Of a stretch of 64,000 bases of DNA, positions 60,614-64,000 are shown piece by piece (the stretch's first letter is position 1; every line of letters starts with the position of its first letter). The translations under genes and the position numbers were made by a program. Origin of the DNA: a candidate division WOR-3 bacterium (GTDB lineage: Bacteria > Hydrothermota > Hydrothermia > UBA1063); assembly GCA_039803545.1 (NCBI GenBank), contig JBDRYS010000001.1:833866-897865 (forward strand). Direction: 5' to 3'. Below the pieces are notes generated by a model that was given only the letters and a program-made list of their open reading frames with translations, did no database searches and was not told the DNA's origin.

Positions 60614-62599
60614 ATGGTAATTAAGAAACAACATGCAATATTGCTTCAAAAACTGTTAAAAGATGAGGAAAACAAACTTCCCTACACAGCCTTAGAAGAG
60701 GTGGACGAACTTGTGGCTCGGGAGCTGGAGCTTATGGGGCTTGTAAGATTCTCTGCCCCACTTCAGCTAACCCTGACTTACGTTGGACGAGACCTTGCCA
60801 ACCTTCTCCGAGAATTGTACGAAATAGGTCCTCAGCCCTTTGCTGAGAAGGAAGAAGAAGTAAAAGGAAACATAGTAATCAGAGAAGCAAGAGGGCTCAA
60901 TCCTCCTGAGGCTTGGGACGGTGACTTCCGTTTCCTCGGTTCAGAGATCATAGCGATGTTAGAGTCAGCTGACCTTGCAGGTCGTGTTGGACCAGAGGGA
61001 GTAGAACCCCTTATGGTACGCGGCTTGGCCTCCAGAGTTTATGACAGGGAGCGAAAAAAGGAATATGTAACCCTTACAAAACAGGGGAAGATAGCTTTAG
61101 AAATTTATAGAAATGCTGAGCCCAACCTGGAAATTGATGCCTCCTTAGCCGATCTTATACGGAGATTGCCCATGGGTCCTGCCGAGAGCTCCCGCCTTGT
61201 TGCTTCAGACCATGAAAAACACCTCCTCGAAGGGATGCGCCTTATAGCTTATTCCGTTCCCAAATCTGAAATTTTTGCCTTTACTGCCCTCGGCCAGGCA
61301 GTCAAGAGGACACTCACCCTTGGAGGATTTGGGGAAGGTGTTGTATTATCAAGGGATATCTTAATATCCTTAGCCGAATATTTAGACACGGAGAAATTGC
61401 CCGAATCTGCAATCACAATTCTACAATCCCTTGGCTACCTTGGACCTTCGGGAGAGCTTCTCCCTGCAGGTGAATTCGCTATGGAAGCCTTCCGTTTACT
61501 TAAAGACCGTCCACAGGGATTAGCAGTTGCCTTCGACTTAGAGAAAGATGAAGTAGATGTGTTAAAAGCAATTAAAGACCTGTGGGAAAAGGCCAAGAGT
61601 AATCCTGAGGAAAGGCCAACCTTTGATAACCTGAAAAAAGAGATGATAAAACGAAAAAGTGCCGAATACAAGATAATGAAGGAAAAATATGGCGAGAAAT
61701 TTGAAGAAATCATAGAGGAGTACAGAGACATTGCCAGAAACTTCTTCTACGCCACAGACCTGAATGCCTGGTATGTTGAAAACTTCGATCTAAGAGCCTT
61801 TTTACATAGTTTAGAGAGTTTCCAGCTCATTAGAAGTGAAAAAGATGAAAAAGGAAAAGAAGTGTTCACCTTGACGGAATTTGGAAGAAAGGTTTTAGAA
61901 GACGAGGCTGAACAGGTCAGTGCCCCTGCAGTTAAAGCGATCACCACCCCGAGAAAGGCCTTCGCAGCACCCAATTTGGAGTGGTACAACCTCGCTCTCA
62001 AGGAAGGTTTGGTCGGGACTGGTGGACCTTCTCGCAGAGGTAACCTCTATGCAGACCTTGCTGAAAAGGTTTACAGACTGCCATTCCTTACAAAGTACGA
62101 GTACATGGTATTTTCAGTTATACCTGAAAAGGGCATAACATTATCGGAGATTTATGATCTATTGAAAGACGAACTCCCGGCGTGGAAAATAAGATTCGCT
62201 ATCAACAAACTGGAAGCAAGGCGTTTAATTGAGGTACTTCCCGATGGAAATGTGGTAGAGACTGAAGCGGGCAAGTTGTTAGACCAGGCCTTACTCTCAG
62301 TTCCCAAGGGCGCAGGATTCCCGGTAACGCCAATTGTAGTAAGGGTATTACAAGCCCTTAAAAACGTGGGCACTCTGTATGTAAAGGAGCAAAAGGTGCG
62401 CATACTCCCACGGAATGTTGCAGAAGCAAAAAGGATATCAGGCCTATCCGACGAAACCTTTGCGGAGGCACTGCAAGTAGCACGACTTTTCGGATATGTT
62501 GGCTACAACAATTTAACAGATACTGGAATGATACTTTTAGAAGCGGTTGAAAAGATGAACACACCGGTCGCAACAAGGTATGTAGAAGAAAGTTATTAG
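60614..62599 (+). CDS. large hypothetical multi-repeat protein (DUF505-like), not assignable to a known function
   Basis: The 661-aa ORF has at least six recurrences of a phi-T-L-T-x-x-G motif followed by an L/E-rich helix (LTLTYVGRDL, VTLTKQGKIALE, LTLGGFGEG, FTLTEFGRKVLE, ITLSEIYDLL, LTDTGMILLE). It has no TM or catalytic motifs. Confidence 0.55.
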   Translation: MVIKKQHAILLQKLLKDEENKLPYTALEEVDELVARELELMGLVRFSAPLQLTLTYVGRDLANLLRELYEIGPQPFAEKEEEVKGNIVIREARGLNPPEAWDGDFRFLGSEIIAMLESADLAGRVGPEGVEPLMVRGLASRVYDRERKKEYVTLTKQGKIALEIYRNAEPNLEIDASLADLIRRLPMGPAESSRLVASDHEKHLLEGMRLIAYSVPKSEIFAFTALGQAVKRTLTLGGFGEGVVLSRDILISLAEYLDTEKLPESAITILQSLGYLGPSGELLPAGEFAMEAFRLLKDRPQGLAVAFDLEKDEVDVLKAIKDLWEKAKSNPEERPTFDNLKKEMIKRKSAEYKIMKEKYGEKFEEIIEEYRDIARNFFYATDLNAWYVENFDLRAFLHSLESFQLIRSEKDEKGKEVFTLTEFGRKVLEDEAEQVSAPAVKAITTPRKAFAAPNLEWYNLALKEGLVGTGGPSRRGNLYADLAEKVYRLPFLTKYEYMVFSVIPEKGITLSEIYDLLKDELPAWKIRFAINKLEARRLIEVLPDGNVVETEAGKLLDQALLSVPKGAGFPVTPIVVRVLQALKNVGTLYVKEQKVRILPRNVAEAKRISGLSDETFAEALQVARLFGYVGYNNLTDTGMILLEAVEKMNTPVATRYVEESY

Positions 62600-62672
62600 T
62601 CTACTTTGTGGGGAATCTTAAAGGCCTGGAATAATGCAATCGATGTGATGTAAAAAAGTATCAATCTATTTA

Positions 62673-62699
62673 GTGGGCGCGGGCTACGCCCGCGCCCAC
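62673..62699. other. GC-rich perfect hairpin (11-bp stem), a possible bidirectional terminator or REP-like element
   Basis: The sequence is GTGGGCGCGGG-CTAC-CCCGCGCCCAC, about 90% GC within a roughly 40% GC genome. It lies 74 bp after the stop of the preceding gene. Confidence 0.5.
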
Positions 62700-62766
62700 A
62701 AGAAAATATTATTGTCCTCTAAAACCTCTCTAATCGCGATTTCAAATTCCATTAATCGCCGGGGTA

Positions 62767-62795
62767 TTGACAGTACCCTCTCTTATAAGTATAAT
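62767..62795 (+). promoter_or_regulatory. sigma70-like promoter for cas6 (TTGACA-17-TATAAT), giving a near-leaderless transcript
   Basis: The -35 element TTGACA is at 62767-62772 and the -10 element TATAAT at 62790-62795. The cas6 ATG at 62807 lies 11 nt downstream. Confidence 0.6.
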
Positions 62796-62806
62796 TTTCC
62801 AAATTA

Positions 62807-63553
62807 ATGCGTTTAAAGATTCGTTTAAAATCAGAAAATGGAATATCAGTATTCCCCCTACATTACAACTCCTTAATTCAGGCCTTTATTTACAAGAACC
62901 TTGACGACTGGCTTGCGGAAAAATTACACAACGAGGGATTTAAAGATCCAGCCTCTAAGAGGCAAATAAAATTTTTCACCTTTTCACGTTTAATCCCATC
63001 TGAAAAAGCAAAGATAAGAGCAAAACATATAATCTTTCATGGAGATATCTATCTCATCGTTGCCTCACCTTACAATGAATTTATCCAGTCCTTTGCATCG
63101 AACCTGCTTAAGAAGAACAGTATAGAACTTGGTAACGAAATCCTCGAATTTGCCTCCATTGAAGTAGAGGCAACCCCAGAATACCAAGAAAAGGTTCTTG
63201 TAAAAACCCTATCACCCATTACGGTATATAGCACGGTCACAACCGCCGATAGTAGGAAAAAGGTCTATTATTACAGCCCCTTCGAGGACGATTTTGAAAA
63301 ACTTCTTCTACAAAACTTAAAAAGGAAAGCCAGGATTTGGTTTGGTGAGGAAATAGAAGGAGGATCAATAAAGCCATACAAAGTAAGCAAAAAAGATGAA
63401 AGAATCCTAAATTATGATGGTTATGTAATAAAAGGGTGGGATGGTATTTTCGAACTAAGCCTACCCCCTAAGCTTTATCAGATGGCCTTTGAAGCAGGCC
63501 TCGGCGCAAAAAATTCTCAAGGATTTGGGTGTGCAGAAATTTGGAGGGAATGA
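62807..63553 (+). CDS. cas6: CRISPR-associated endoribonuclease Cas6
   Basis: The 248-aa ORF has a ferredoxin-like layout and the C-terminal glycine-rich loop ...EAGLGAKNSQGFGCAEI that is characteristic of Cas6. A helicase gene follows. Confidence 0.7.
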   Translation: MRLKIRLKSENGISVFPLHYNSLIQAFIYKNLDDWLAEKLHNEGFKDPASKRQIKFFTFSRLIPSEKAKIRAKHIIFHGDIYLIVASPYNEFIQSFASNLLKKNSIELGNEILEFASIEVEATPEYQEKVLVKTLSPITVYSTVTTADSRKKVYYYSPFEDDFEKLLLQNLKRKARIWFGEEIEGGSIKPYKVSKKDERILNYDGYVIKGWDGIFELSLPPKLYQMAFEAGLGAKNSQGFGCAEIWRE

Positions 63554-63554
63554 A

Positions 63555-64000
63555 ATGAAAGATACCGAGCAGGAAGTCTTCAAAAAAATATTTGGTTTTG
63601 ATCCTTATCCATTCCAAGCAGAGGTATTTGAAAAGATAAGCAATCAAAAATATCCCCTTCTAATTAAGGCACCAACTGGGTCTGGGAAGACAGAAGCTGT
63701 ACTCGCTCCTTTTTTATCCCAATTCTTAGAAAACAAATTTTACATCGCCCCAAGACTGATTTATGTATTACCAATGAGGGTTATGGTAAACAGCATAACT
63801 CAAAGAATCAATGAATACGCTAAAAGAGTCTCACCTTACATTTCCGTAAAAATACAGCACGGTGATATCCCCGACGCACCCTTCTTCATTGCAGATATAG
63901 TGGTCACAACCCTTGACCAGTTTGTTTATGGATTTGCAAGGGCGAGTCAGCAGGTTGGACACCATATCGATATGCCTGCGGGTGCAATTGCCTCATCTCT
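63555..64000 (+). CDS. cas3: Cas3-type DEAD/DEAH helicase, N-terminal part (the gene runs off the window end)
   Basis: The sequence begins MKDTEQEVFKKIFGFDPYPFQAEVFEKI..., has a Walker A motif (APTGSGKT) and continues ...VTTLDQF. Its start overlaps the cas6 stop. Confidence 0.6.
   Translation, partial: MKDTEQEVFKKIFGFDPYPFQAEVFEKISNQKYPLLIKAPTGSGKTEAVLAPFLSQFLENKFYIAPRLIYVLPMRVMVNSITQRINEYAKRVSPYISVKIQHGDIPDAPFFIADIVVTTLDQFVYGFARASQQVGHHIDMPAGAIASS

Noticed and set aside
62600-62806. Search for a CRISPR array or leader between the repeat protein and cas6
   Set aside because: No direct repeats with spacer-like periodicity were found. There is only a single GC-rich palindrome and a promoter, so any array must lie outside the window.
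1-64000. Mobile elements, a prophage or an integration site next to the tRNA cluster
   Set aside because: No integrase, transposase, terminal inverted repeats or att-like tRNA 3' duplications were seen. The tRNA cluster is flanked by rpsO and rpmB housekeeping genes.

Overview
The window is a mostly housekeeping bacterial chromosomal segment of about 40% GC with K/E/I-rich proteins. This suggests a thermophile, possibly of the FCB-like lineage, given three secreted proteins with T9SS-type C-terminal sorting domains and a BtuG-like lipoprotein. That placement is inference only.

Reading left to right:
- A partial pncA-like gene, then yebC-ruvC-ruvA-ruvB on the minus strand.
- mutS, then the complete rod-shape operon mreB-mreC-mreD-mrdA(PBP2)-rodA, then glmS and miaA.
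- A PyrK-like oxidoreductase and a DegT aminotransferase, then rpsO-pnp.
- A minus-strand tRNA cluster, Thr(TGT)-Tyr(GTA)-Gly(TCC), plus a degenerate Gly-derived tRNA-like element.
- rpmB, a TamB-like giant membrane protein and priA.
- A secreted two-HKD phospholipase-D-family protein and a second secreted protein, both with C-terminal sorting domains, followed by a GT4 glycosyltransferase and a MiaB-like radical-SAM enzyme.
- rpsA, ispH, plsC and cmk, then a CDA-family deaminase.
- A cobalamin riboswitch, then a BtuB-like TonB-dependent receptor, a beta-propeller lipoprotein (BtuG-like) and a Cys-rich small protein.
- A GT2 glycosyltransferase and TspO.
- A 1380-aa surface protein built from near-identical tandem SBBP beta-propeller and FN3 repeats. 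A duplicated promoter module of about 100 bp flanks it; the second copy drives a leaderless membrane-protein gene.
- A 2-hydroxyacid dehydrogenase, RNase R, trxB and dxs.
- An mcsA/mcsB-like pair in which the McsB catalytic Cys motif is replaced, then a HutI-like amidohydrolase and a glutamine amidotransferase.
- valS preceded by a small very acidic protein, then nitroreductase, Bcp peroxiredoxin, a GGDEF diguanylate cyclase and ArsC.
- A 661-aa multi-repeat hypothetical protein.
- The 5' end of a type I CRISPR-Cas locus: a strong promoter, cas6 and the start of cas3. No CRISPR array lies inside the window.

No transposase, integrase or prophage genes were seen. The most unusual content is the riboswitch-controlled B12 uptake module with non-canonical partners, the repeat-built giant adhesin with its duplicated promoter, the degenerate tRNA with compensatory stem changes, the atypical McsB, and the DUF-like repeat protein next to cas6-cas3.
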